In this document: one piece after another, positions 49,054 to 58,398 of the stretch
Layout: every line of letters starts with the position of its first letter
Numbering within the stretch: position 1 is the stretch's first letter
Origin: Chamaesiphon sp.
Lineage (GTDB): Bacteria > Cyanobacteriota > Cyanobacteriia > Cyanobacteriales > Chamaesiphonaceae
Assembly (NCBI GenBank): GCA_965246715.1
Contig: CBDFFH010000005.1
Location: 288,001-352,000 of the forward strand
Direction: 5' to 3'
DNA: 64,000 nt
The notes under the pieces: generated by a model
Database searches by the model: none
What the model was told of the DNA's origin: nothing
Seen by the model: only the letters and a program-made list of their open reading frames with translations
Position numbers and translations under genes: made by a program

Positions 49054-49760
49054 TTGGCTTGCCACTCCTGGGCATACCAGAGAGTACTCAATTTTCCAAA
49101 TTCAAACCGCGAGTAAGGATTCAAGCCCATTCTCAACTGCTGTAATAACTCCTTTGCATATTTCAATTCCTGTCCGATTGCCCCTAACATCGCTCGAACT
49201 CTCGGCGGTTCGGCGTGAGCGATAACGACTAATCGCTCGAATCGTCCTGGGACTCGAAAGTGATTCAGTAATTGCTCGTTCGTTTCTGCGGGTGATAAGT
49301 CGCTCCATTCTCCCCGCGATCGTAAAAAGTCTAGCAGGGCTGCTTCGGTAGCCGATAAATTCTCCCATGTACTCGGGCGACGGGTATAAAGTTTGGCTCT
49401 TTGTCCCAACCACGCTGTCGGTAAACTATTGGCAGTAGTAGCGAAAGTCCCATCGATTGCATTTTGAGTCGTAAATCCGAGTAAATTAGCAGCATTTACT
49501 CCGGCTGGATAGACGCGGGTTTGAGTGAGTTGATAGGGTAATTCAGATCGGACTGGTTGGCTGTAACCGAATCGAGTTGGGCGAGGATGGTAGTAATGTC
49601 CTTTGCTGATACGTTGGAGAATGCCTTCTTTAACCAATTGGGTGAAGGTTTTAGCAATGGTGGCTGAGGGATAGTCGGATAAATCTTGATGGTTCCAAAA
49701 TCTTTCCCCGCCAGCAAGAATCCGTTGGCGGATGGATTCAGTCTTGGTTAGGGTTTTCAT
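49050..49760 (-). CDS. AbiEi-like (DUF6088) antitoxin / transcriptional regulator
   Basis: wHTH LVKEGILQRISKGHY; AANLLGFTTQ. Confidence 0.8.
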   Translation of the reverse strand: MKTLTKTESIRQRILAGGERFWNHQDLSDYPSATIAKTFTQLVKEGILQRISKGHYYHPRPTRFGYSQPVRSELPYQLTQTRVYPAGVNAANLLGFTTQNAIDGTFATTANSLPTAWLGQRAKLYTRRPSTWENLSATEAALLDFLRSRGEWSDLSPAETNEQLLNHFRVPGRFERLVVIAHAEPPRVRAMLGAIGQELKYAKELLQQLRMGLNPYSRFEFGKLSTLWYAQEWQAK

Positions 49761-49879
49761 CGCGTGAAGAATGGAATGCTAGTCGCTGTCTCAATTTTAA
49801 ACTATTTTCCAGGTTTTTAACAGAAAAACTTCTAGTCAAGCGTAGCAGAGCAAAATAATACGAACACATTGCAGACGAC

Positions 49880-49908
49880 ATGTATAGAAAAGACTATTTT
49901 CTATACAT
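49880..49908. promoter_or_regulatory. 12-bp inverted repeat ATGTATAGAAAA-N5-TTTTCTATACAT
   Basis: Perfect arms in the divergent gap. Confidence 0.55.
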
Positions 49909-50054
49909 ATTTTTCCAACGTGCATAGATTTGACCTATTTTTGATAAACGTTGCCACGATCGTATCCAATCGTGGAAATCTGGATCGTGACGCAAATAGA
50001 TAGTGAAATTAATATATGTTATTTTTGATATGTGTTAATTTTACTAGCTATTTT

Positions 50055-51218
50055 ATGCGAACTAATCCTGGCGGTGGGCTGGCACCAGAAGAAGTGGTAG
50101 GGCGCGATGCACTCATCGCCGATCTGTGGGACAAATTGGAGCGTCACAGCGTGATGATGACAGCCGAGCGACGGATGGGCAAAACCAGCGTGTTGAGGAA
50201 AATGCTAGCACAGCAGCCACCAGGGATAACAGCATTTTATTGGGACTTAGAGAATATCCGATCGCCCGAAGCTCTGGTGCAGGAGATATTTAATAAAGTC
50301 AGTGAGGATCTTGGCAACAGCCAAAAATGGCAGGGCAAAGTTCAGCAACTGCTTAAAAACTGGGGATTGGGCGGGGAGAAGATTGCCGGAGTCAGCTTAC
50401 CTAAGCCAGATTTGACTTGGCAACAACATCTTCAAGGCATAGTGCGGGATCTTTCTGCCCAAGTCGCAGATCGAGAACGTTGGTTATTCTTATTCGATGA
50501 GTTGCCGCTAGCGATCGATAACATCCGGCAGGATAAAGGAGCTAGCATCGCAATGGAAGTACTCGATACTTTAAGATCGATCCGCCAAGACTATCCCCAA
50601 ATTCGGATGGTGTACACCGGATCGATCGGTTTGCATCATGTGGTGGCAGAGCTAAGGCAGCAAGGATATCGGAATGCACCCACTAACGATTTACCATTTG
50701 TAGAAGTAGAGCCGCTGGCTGAGTATGATGCTTGGAAACTGGCACAGGATCTGTTGATTGGCGAGAAAGTGGCAACTGAGGATCTGGCAGCAGTAAGTCA
50801 AGCAATCGCCTTAGCAGTCGATGGCAATGCTTTCTATATTCATCACAGTGTTGCCAGACTCAAAGGGATAGCTCAACCGATCGATGTCGCACGAGTAGAA
50901 GCGATGCTCCAAGCAGCGGTGCGTCAGTATGATGTTTGGGATCTGAGCTACTTTGAAAAGCGCATTGGTAGCTACTATGGAGAAAATGCCAAGTTGGCAC
51001 TCCTAGCATTAGACGAACTAGCTCCAGAATTAGCATTAACGATCGGTGACTGGTGGAATCGGGTGAGTATCCAGACACCAAATCTGAATAAAGAAGTTTT
51101 TCGCTCGACGCTCAATCTGTTAGAACAAGACCATTATATTTGCCGAAATGACGCGGGAGCCTACCAGTTTCGCTTTTCGCTAGTGCGACGCTATTGGCAT
51201 CAGCAACGGGGGAATTAG
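50055..51218 (+). CDS. P-loop (STAND/AAA-like) ATPase with C-terminal winged helix
   Basis: AERRMGKT Walker A variant, FLFDE Walker B, YTGS. Confidence 0.85.
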   Translation: MRTNPGGGLAPEEVVGRDALIADLWDKLERHSVMMTAERRMGKTSVLRKMLAQQPPGITAFYWDLENIRSPEALVQEIFNKVSEDLGNSQKWQGKVQQLLKNWGLGGEKIAGVSLPKPDLTWQQHLQGIVRDLSAQVADRERWLFLFDELPLAIDNIRQDKGASIAMEVLDTLRSIRQDYPQIRMVYTGSIGLHHVVAELRQQGYRNAPTNDLPFVEVEPLAEYDAWKLAQDLLIGEKVATEDLAAVSQAIALAVDGNAFYIHHSVARLKGIAQPIDVARVEAMLQAAVRQYDVWDLSYFEKRIGSYYGENAKLALLALDELAPELALTIGDWWNRVSIQTPNLNKEVFRSTLNLLEQDHYICRNDAGAYQFRFSLVRRYWHQQRGN

Positions 51219-51222
51219 CAAA

Positions 51223-54200
51223 ATGGCGAACCAGATGATTTCGGCGTTTACGCCCAGCCTGATGTCCCCTCAAGAGCTAGAGACGATCCTCGTGCAGCGG
51301 CAGGATTTGGCGCAGGAACTATTCGAGAAAATCGTGTTGAGTGCGACGACTCCAGCCAAACATTATGCCTTGCTGATTGGAATGCGGGGGATGGGGAAGA
51401 CGCATTTGGTGGCACTGATTTATTATCGATTGCTAGCAGAGTTCGATCGCAACCCAACGTTCAAAGATAAGTTGGTTATTGCTTGGCTGCGGGAGGAGGA
51501 ATGGGGGGTAGATTCCTGGTTGGATTTGGTGAGTCGGATTCTGCGCGCTCTAGCCGTTGCAGAACCTCAGTCGAAATCGCTCCTAGAGGAGTTACGACGG
51601 ATTTCGATCGAGGATTCGATCGATCGAGCGGCGGCTAATGCGACTCGATTGTTGAAGGAAGCAATTGGGAATCGCACCCTATTGCTGATGATGGAGAACC
51701 TCGACGATCTGTTTAAAGGCTTGGGAGAAGCGGGTCAGCAGCAGTTTCGGTCTTTCTTGCAAGCGGAGCAGTGCTGCACGATTTTAGCGACTACTCCGGC
51801 GTTATTTACTGCGGTGCAAAGTCGTACCAAACCATTTTTTGGGTTCTTCAATCCGATTTATCTCGACAGGTTGACTGTACCAGAAGCGATCGAAATGTTG
51901 GGAAAGATTGCCACTTTAGGGGGACAGGAAGAGTTAGCAAGTTTCTTACAAACACCCTTGGGACGGGCGCGGGTGCGAGCGGTACATCATTTGGCTGGGG
52001 GAAATCCACGGGTGTATATGCTGTTTTCGCAGTTTATTACGCGGGATGCTTTGGATAGTTTGGTAGAGGCATTTATGAAGATGCTCGACGACTTGACACC
52101 TTACTATCAAGCGCGGATGAAGGAGTTATCCAATCAACAGCGGAAGATTGTCGAGTTATTGGTGGACAAGCGACATCCGGTGATGGTTAAGGAGATTGCA
52201 GCGGACTGTTTTATCGATCCGGGGACGGCAGCGAGTCAGTTGCGGGAGTTGCGGAAGCTGGGCTACGTGGAAGCGGAGCAGAATGGGCGCGAGTCCTTTT
52301 ATGAGCTGCACGAAGTGTTGATGCGCCTGTGTTTGGAGGTAAAAAAGCAGCGGGGGCAGTGGATCGAGATTTTTGTGGAGTTTCTCAAAATTTGGTATCC
52401 GCTCTCGGAACGCAAGAACCAGTTAGAGTTGATGCGGGGTAAGAGTCAATATATCAAAGACGAACATTTAGAGCGTGCGTTGTTGAGTGATGAAGATCCC
52501 TGCTTTATCGGTTCGCAGCGGGATTTGCAGCGAGCGTTGAAGGAACAGCAACAGTTATTAGCTACTGAGACATTAGAAGAATTATTTCATAGCAAAAGGC
52601 TGACTGAAGAAAATTACCAAGAGATTTTGGAATTGGTGCAGACGGATCGATATAGTGAAGCTCAGAAGCTATTATCAGAGATCGTCAGTCAAAAAGATCG
52701 ATCGGTTGAGAAATCTGAGCTAACCTTTTCGCTACAACTTTTGGCAGGATTGGAGCTACTGGCAGCAAAGAAAAATTTAGAAGCTCTAGAACTGTTTGAT
52801 ACGCTGTTAGCTGAGAATGAAAGCGATGTAGATGCTTGGAGTATGCGAGGTATTTCTCTGCGTAGACTAGGAAGATATGAAGAAGCAATCGTTAGTTACG
52901 ATCGGGCGATCTCGATTAAATTCGATGACCATGAAACTTGGAATAACCGAGGTATTTCTCTGCATGATTCAGGAAGATATGAAGAGGCGATCGCTAGTTA
53001 CGATCGTACGATTGAACTCAAACCAGATAACTATGAAGCTTGGTATAACCGTGGAGTTTGTTTGGATAATTTAGAAATGTATAAAGAAGCGATCTCCAGC
53101 TATGAAGGTGCGCTCGAATATAAACCAGCTTTAAAAGAAGCTTGGCACAACCGTGGCATCTCTCTGGGTAAATTAGCAAGATATGAGGAGGCGATCGCCA
53201 GCTTCGATCGAGCAATAGAGATTCAGCCCGATAAAGATGATGCTTGGTACAATCGAGGGATTACTCAAGGAAAGTTAGGCAATCATCAAGATGCACTTGA
53301 CAGTTTCGATCGAGTCATAGAGATTCAACCCAGTAAATATAATGCTTGGTACGATCGAGGTGTATCTCTAGGGCTTTTAGGAAGATATGAGGAAGCAATT
53401 GATAGTTACACTCATTTTATATCTATTAAACCTGATGAGCCTGAAGCTTGGTACGGCAAAGGGACTGCTCAAGGAAATTTAGGAAAATATGAAGAGGCAA
53501 TTCATAGTTTCGATCGGACGATTGAGCTTAAATCTGACGACTGTAGTGCTTGGCACGATCGAGGTCTATGTTTTCACTATTTAGGGGATTATGAACGGGC
53601 AATCTTCAGTTTCGATCGGGCTTTGTCGATTGAAGTCAATGACTATAAATCTTGGAGCGATCGAGGTACTTCTCTGACCGATTCAGGAAGATATGAAGAG
53701 GCGATTGATAGCTTCAATCGCGCTATCTCGATCGAACCTGATGAATATATACCCATTCATAATCAGGGTTGGGTTTATTTCAAATTTGGTAAGTTTACGG
53801 AATCACTCAATTGTTTCGAGCGAGCGATTGCGCTCGCACCGAATAGTCATGTTTCTTGGTATCGCAAAGGACTCGTTCAATTTGTCATGGGCAATTACGA
53901 AAATGCCCTTAATTCTTGGCAACAAACTTTTCAAATCATCCACCAACTCACTCCACGTCTCAATGATATTGCCGGACTCATCCAAGAATTCCTCGGACAA
54001 CTAATTCCCCGACTCTCATTACTCATCAACCCACTCCTACCAAGCGAAGCTAAAGTATCAATCCTGCCGCCGATTAGCATCTCACCTCCACCATCCCTCA
54101 ACCCGTCAACACCTCCATCCACAAACTCCTCGCCGCCTCCACCATTCAACCCATCAACTCCGCCACCTGCTAACCCATCAATACCACCATCGACTAACCC

Positions 54201-54579
54201 ATCCATACCTCCATCGTTGCCTTGGCTACCGGAGGTAATCGACTTCTCACCGCCTCCATTTATCTACTCATCCACCTTCCTTAACCAAATCGTCACCATC
54301 TATCAACAAGCCCGAGTCCTCCCCGAACTCAGCACCGCCCTGATTGCCACCCTCCCCCAAATCCTTGCTCCTAATATTAGCGATCGCACCGCCAATGAAT
54401 GGTTAGCCCTGTGGCAAAACCTCCTTGGCACCGAATCCGCCCTAGAAATGCCCCTGCGCCTGATGAATGTGGCGATCGCTTACAAAAAACAACCCGCCCA
54501 ACAAAAACGCCTCTGGCTGGGGCTAGCCAAGGAAGAGCGAGCGATCCTCAATGGAGCTTTGGGATTAGAAGAGTCCTGA
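51223..54579 (+). CDS. ATPase-wHTH-TPR protein with Pro-rich linker
   Basis: GMRGMGKT, LMMENLD, GGNPR, wHTH, ~11 TPRs (AWYNRG..LGRYEEAI). Confidence 0.88.
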   Translation: MANQMISAFTPSLMSPQELETILVQRQDLAQELFEKIVLSATTPAKHYALLIGMRGMGKTHLVALIYYRLLAEFDRNPTFKDKLVIAWLREEEWGVDSWLDLVSRILRALAVAEPQSKSLLEELRRISIEDSIDRAAANATRLLKEAIGNRTLLLMMENLDDLFKGLGEAGQQQFRSFLQAEQCCTILATTPALFTAVQSRTKPFFGFFNPIYLDRLTVPEAIEMLGKIATLGGQEELASFLQTPLGRARVRAVHHLAGGNPRVYMLFSQFITRDALDSLVEAFMKMLDDLTPYYQARMKELSNQQRKIVELLVDKRHPVMVKEIAADCFIDPGTAASQLRELRKLGYVEAEQNGRESFYELHEVLMRLCLEVKKQRGQWIEIFVEFLKIWYPLSERKNQLELMRGKSQYIKDEHLERALLSDEDPCFIGSQRDLQRALKEQQQLLATETLEELFHSKRLTEENYQEILELVQTDRYSEAQKLLSEIVSQKDRSVEKSELTFSLQLLAGLELLAAKKNLEALELFDTLLAENESDVDAWSMRGISLRRLGRYEEAIVSYDRAISIKFDDHETWNNRGISLHDSGRYEEAIASYDRTIELKPDNYEAWYNRGVCLDNLEMYKEAISSYEGALEYKPALKEAWHNRGISLGKLARYEEAIASFDRAIEIQPDKDDAWYNRGITQGKLGNHQDALDSFDRVIEIQPSKYNAWYDRGVSLGLLGRYEEAIDSYTHFISIKPDEPEAWYGKGTAQGNLGKYEEAIHSFDRTIELKSDDCSAWHDRGLCFHYLGDYERAIFSFDRALSIEVNDYKSWSDRGTSLTDSGRYEEAIDSFNRAISIEPDEYIPIHNQGWVYFKFGKFTESLNCFERAIALAPNSHVSWYRKGLVQFVMGNYENALNSWQQTFQIIHQLTPRLNDIAGLIQEFLGQLIPRLSLLINPLLPSEAKVSILPPISISPPPSLNPSTPPSTNSSPPPPFNPSTPPPANPSIPPSTNPSIPPSLPWLPEVIDFSPPPFIYSSTFLNQIVTIYQQARVLPELSTALIATLPQILAPNISDRTANEWLALWQNLLGTESALEMPLRLMNVAIAYKKQPAQQKRLWLGLAKEERAILNGALGLEES
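54091..54216 (+). repeat. Degenerate 24-bp / 8-aa Pro-rich tandem repeat (PSxNPSxP) x5
   Basis: PSLNPSTP PSTNSSPP PPFNPSTP PPANPSIP PSTNPSIP. Confidence 0.8.
54217..54237 (+). mobile_element. 21-nt small dispersed repeat variant, in frame (LPWLPEV)
   Basis: TCG[TTGCCTTGGCTACCGGAGGTA]ATCGA; shares CTACCGGAGGTA with the 43326 copy. Confidence 0.75.
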
Positions 54580-54822
54580 ATGTTAGATCGGTTTATGATT
54601 CTTTTAAGTATCGATCGATTAGCTTTGTGCTATATATTAGCTCCTGCCGCATACTGGCTAAACTTAAAAATTTGGCGCGTTGGGCACTTTTAGCCAACTT
54701 GGTGGCTGTCCATTCAAGGGGTTTCCCCTATGAAGAGGAAGCGTAGCGTGACTTTTCTGGTTCGCGTCCGATGGCCAACGAGCAGGCGGGATGCGAACGT
54801 GCATTGGTCGCGCTGCACCCTT

Positions 54823-55551
54823 CTACTCAGCTTCCTCGCCGGACGCGTCGGCGTGGGTAGGCGCGGTGTAGGTGTCGGCATCCTGGAAATCTTCCAGCCA
54901 GTAAGCTGAGCTTACTACATCGAAGGTGATGGATTCCGCCGTTTTCTCTACTGCCCGCAGCTCCCACAGGATCGAGGCAGCCTCCGCGAATTTATCGTCC
55001 GCTAGACGATCCGAATACAGTCGGTTGAGCAGCGCATTATCGGGCAGGCCCACGGCCAGCAGGCGCAGCAGGGGCGCGGCAGCCGTGGCGCGTTCGCCCG
55101 CATCGGGGCCAAAAACAGCCAAATCAGCCGCGCTCACCGCCGTGCATTTCACCTGAAACTCCACCGCCTCCACGCTTGGAAACGTGCCATTGAAGGCTTC
55201 GTGCAGTAGCTGCGTAGCTTGGTAAAAGCCACGGTGCAGCGGCAGATCGGGGTTTTCTTCCCACAGGCGCTCGGTGAGCATCTGGTGGGCCAGGTTCTCC
55301 ACCTGGCCGACTGTCAGCTCCTCCGGGAACAGGTAGGTGAGCACGGCCACGGCCGCCGAGCGCGGCTCCAGGTCGGTGAGGCCCATCTGGCACATCTCCT
55401 TCAGTTCGGCTTCGGGCAGGGCATTGGGGTTGTCAAAATTGAGCTGCGCGAGCAGGGCGCGGTAGTCGGCCGCCTGCCAGGAGTGCGGCAGCTCGGTAAG
55501 GGTAGCAAAGCTGAGGCGTTCGACGGTGAAAGTGGGAGTGGAGGCAGTCAT
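54823..55551 (-). CDS. Hypothetical acidic protein, conspicuously GC-rich gene
   Basis: 242-aa ORF with G/C-ending codons, unlike its neighbours. Confidence 0.8.
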   Translation of the reverse strand: MTASTPTFTVERLSFATLTELPHSWQAADYRALLAQLNFDNPNALPEAELKEMCQMGLTDLEPRSAAVAVLTYLFPEELTVGQVENLAHQMLTERLWEENPDLPLHRGFYQATQLLHEAFNGTFPSVEAVEFQVKCTAVSAADLAVFGPDAGERATAAAPLLRLLAVGLPDNALLNRLYSDRLADDKFAEAASILWELRAVEKTAESITFDVVSSAYWLEDFQDADTYTAPTHADASGEEAE

Positions 55552-55699
55552 AATTGGTTAGTTGAAGTATGTCAATATGTTTTCTCTCATGTGGCAAAGA
55601 CTTGGGGCTGGTGAAGGAATCGATCGAGCTAAGTACTACTTAGACTGACCTATTTTCAGTATGCCCAAACTCTTCCTATTAAAAGTTGGACTAGATTTA

Positions 55700-55873
55700 G
55701 CCCTCTTCTGTCACTCTCCAGAGAGCATAATCCCAAACCCTTGCTGCATAAGCTTTTATCACAAATCTCCACGATTGAGCTATCGATCGCTAAATAAAGC
55801 TTCAAAACTTTTTGAGATAAGGCTTGTAGCGATCGCCTTCGCTTTTTAGTTAAGGAGAGTGACAGAAGAGGGC
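55700..55873. mobile_element. 174-bp MITE, perfect 20-bp terminal IRs, TA on both flanks
   Basis: TA-GCCCTCTTCTGTCACTCTCC ... GGAGAGTGACAGAAGAGGGC-TA. Confidence 0.88.
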
Positions 55874-56188
55874 TATATTGCGAGATGGATAGATGGCTAC
55901 AGATCTCCAGTCGGAGAATGAATTTCGATTTCGATAAGTGTAAATGGAAATCTCACTAACCATTCGTTCGTACAGCAACTTATCAGACTGAAACTGCACC
56001 TCACAAAAATAGATTATTCCTGATGGTAATGGTGGGATAAATACCCCATCGATTCTAAAAGCTGTTTCCTTAACCTCAATTGAATCAAAAATATATCGCT
56101 CGGCATCGCTCGGTGGTTGAGAAATGAGATCGAATAACAGAGTTGGTGACTGTTGAAATAACTGATAGAAAATTGTATCGCGGCGCAT
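55874..56188 (-). pseudogene. Rpn/DUF2887 PD-(D/E)XK nuclease-like gene truncated by the MITE
   Basis: MRRDTIFYQLF, KETAFRIDGVF, EVQFQ. Confidence 0.85.
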
Positions 56189-56483
56189 AGTTATAGACCC
56201 AATATTAAATTTCAGTTACTTCGACATAATCGCATTCCTCACAACTAATCTGTCCTACTTCATCTTGACCAAAATTGATAGATCTACAAACAGGACAACA
56301 AATCTCAATCGATTCAGGAAGAAATTGTTCTTTAGTAGTTGAATCTGAGACTACTTTAGATTCTGGAGCTAGTTGTGAGGTGAACCGACGGAAATTGCGT
56401 ACAGGCATTCTATTGGGAGGTTTTGCGATCGGGGCATCAGAAGATTTACATTGTCTATGATACCAACACAGAATCTAGAGCTT

Positions 56484-56782
56484 ATGGCTACTACCGGAAA
56501 ACTCGAACTCACCATCAAGATTAGCGAACTACCCCAAGTCAAGACCGTTGAGAATGGCTTGTAGTATTTCGAGCTGGACTGTAATGGCAGGATCTTCGCT
56601 GTGACCGTTAAGCCCAAAGTTTGGAAGAAGCTCACAGATGCCCAAGAAAACTATCCGATGTGGGTAGCAGCAATTGCTGGACAGATGGGTGCAATGACCC
56701 TAGATGGCTTCGTTTTAGATGGAGCGAATATATTCAGGTGTTTGAAAAGAAACCGAAGGTTGTAGAGGCTGCTGAGGGATAG
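56484..56782 (+). pseudogene. Cyanobacterial plasmid-type small protein ('FinO-like'), internal stop and frameshift
   Basis: GKLELTIKI, TAG at 56562, VKPKVWKKL, WVAAIAG, frameshift before QVFEKKPK. Confidence 0.65.
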
Positions 56783-57206
56783 TAGAGCGGAGGAATTAAC
56801 CCCTAAAATGAGAGTATCCCCGCTAGCGACCAAACTAACGGGGATATCCAGCGGCTATACACCGCAAATACCTATAAATATCTCTTACCAATATGACACA
56901 AGTGACAGAGGCAGACATTAGGGAATTGAAAACAGCGCTCGATGGGAAAACCAGATCGATTGAAGTGATCGGGCGTGGGACTGAAGCTAACACCAAGGCA
57001 ATCGAAGGTTTAAGTCAGACAAGTTCAGCCATCGATCGGGAGCCGTGACTCCATATTTAATAGTTGAGTCTCTTAATTGACACGCGATCGGGCAGATTTC
57101 ACTACACCACTGCAACGGTTTATACTACTGCCAGAACGCCCCGAACGATCGCGGACTTCGTTAGGGTAGAAATAATGTTATTCCGATCGAGAATCGGTTA
57201 TGAAGC

Positions 57207-57926
57207 ATGGATAATCAAGATCGCGACGCATCTTGGGCTGCTGTGATAGATGACGCATTTGCCACCGTGGCCACGGCATCTCGGACGGTCGCGGCAGACT
57301 TGAGTGAATCAGTAGGGACGGCACTTTATCAGTTTGTCGCTCGAGGTACGGAAACCGTTGGCAACACGATCGCGCCGCTCGCTGACAATCCAATGATAAA
57401 ATGGGCGACCAAGGTGCCGGGAATTAATTGGTTCATGGCTGCGCTGGGTCAGGTGAATGTGGAAAGAGTACAGCGCGAAGTTGACGTTTTGCGGCAACAG
57501 TATCCTTTGGATACCCCCGCTCGATTAGCGCAGCGCGTTATTGCCGATACCGCCTGGAAAGCCGCCGGAATTGGTTTGGCCACCAACATTATTCCGCCTG
57601 TGGCACTAATGTTATTTGCAGTCGATTTAGGTGCGCTCTCGGCTCTGCAAGCCGAAATGATTTATCGGATTGCGATTATTTATGGATTTTCACCCACCGA
57701 TGCCGCCCGACGCGGTGAAGTACTAGCGATTTGGAGTTTATCGACCGGAAGTTCGGGCGCGCTCAAGATGGGGTTAAGCTTTGTCGAACTGCTCCCAGGC
57801 ATTGGTGCGGTAGTGGGTAGTGCTGGCGATGCTACCCTGTTATACAGTTTGGGACATCTAGCCTGCCGCTTCTATGAAGCCAAGCAAAAAGCGACATCAT
57901 CAACATCAGATCGTTCGCAATTCTAA
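57207..57926 (+). CDS. EcsC/DUF697-like protein
   Basis: LQAEMIYRIAIIYG, LLPGIGAVVG, ACRFYE. Confidence 0.7.
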   Translation: MDNQDRDASWAAVIDDAFATVATASRTVAADLSESVGTALYQFVARGTETVGNTIAPLADNPMIKWATKVPGINWFMAALGQVNVERVQREVDVLRQQYPLDTPARLAQRVIADTAWKAAGIGLATNIIPPVALMLFAVDLGALSALQAEMIYRIAIIYGFSPTDAARRGEVLAIWSLSTGSSGALKMGLSFVELLPGIGAVVGSAGDATLLYSLGHLACRFYEAKQKATSSTSDRSQF

Positions 57927-58398
57927 CGTGAGGGTGTAGCACCGCCCATTTTGGCTACAGGCGTAATTGGGCGCTCGAACACCCAGGTCGATAAGGTATC
58001 AGATAGAAGCTTGGTATTACTCCGGAAATACCCGGTATTACTCCAAACAGCCTCCGTCGTGCTGGACAAGCTGCGTTAGTCGAGCATCCAGCGCTACGGG
58101 CACAGTGCGTGAAAGGCGATTAACCCTCTCCTTTTTCACCTGTTGGTTAGACAGATTCCTCAAGTTGCACCACCCATGCAGTTGACAAGAATACGCACCA
58201 ATCGCGTTTGCGAGTGCTACGAATGCCGTATCTAGGGATATGGAATGCTTGTAAGCGGTCGATGCGCGTAATTTCTTCCAAGCTAATCTGAAAACTTCTT
58301 ACTGCATACTCCGGTAGTTTATCGGTATATGCAATGACTTATGGCTCAGCCAACGCTGGATTTAATAAGCCTAATCGAACTCCATTGCTGTGCTTTTG

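Noticed and set aside
52830..53900. TPR repeats as a diversity-generating retroelement target
   Set aside because: No reverse transcriptase or template repeat; ordinary 34-aa periodicity
57921..57995. attC-like hairpin overlapping the stop codon (TTCTAAC...GGGTGT...ACACCC)
   Set aside because: No GTTRRRY R' box; too degenerate to call
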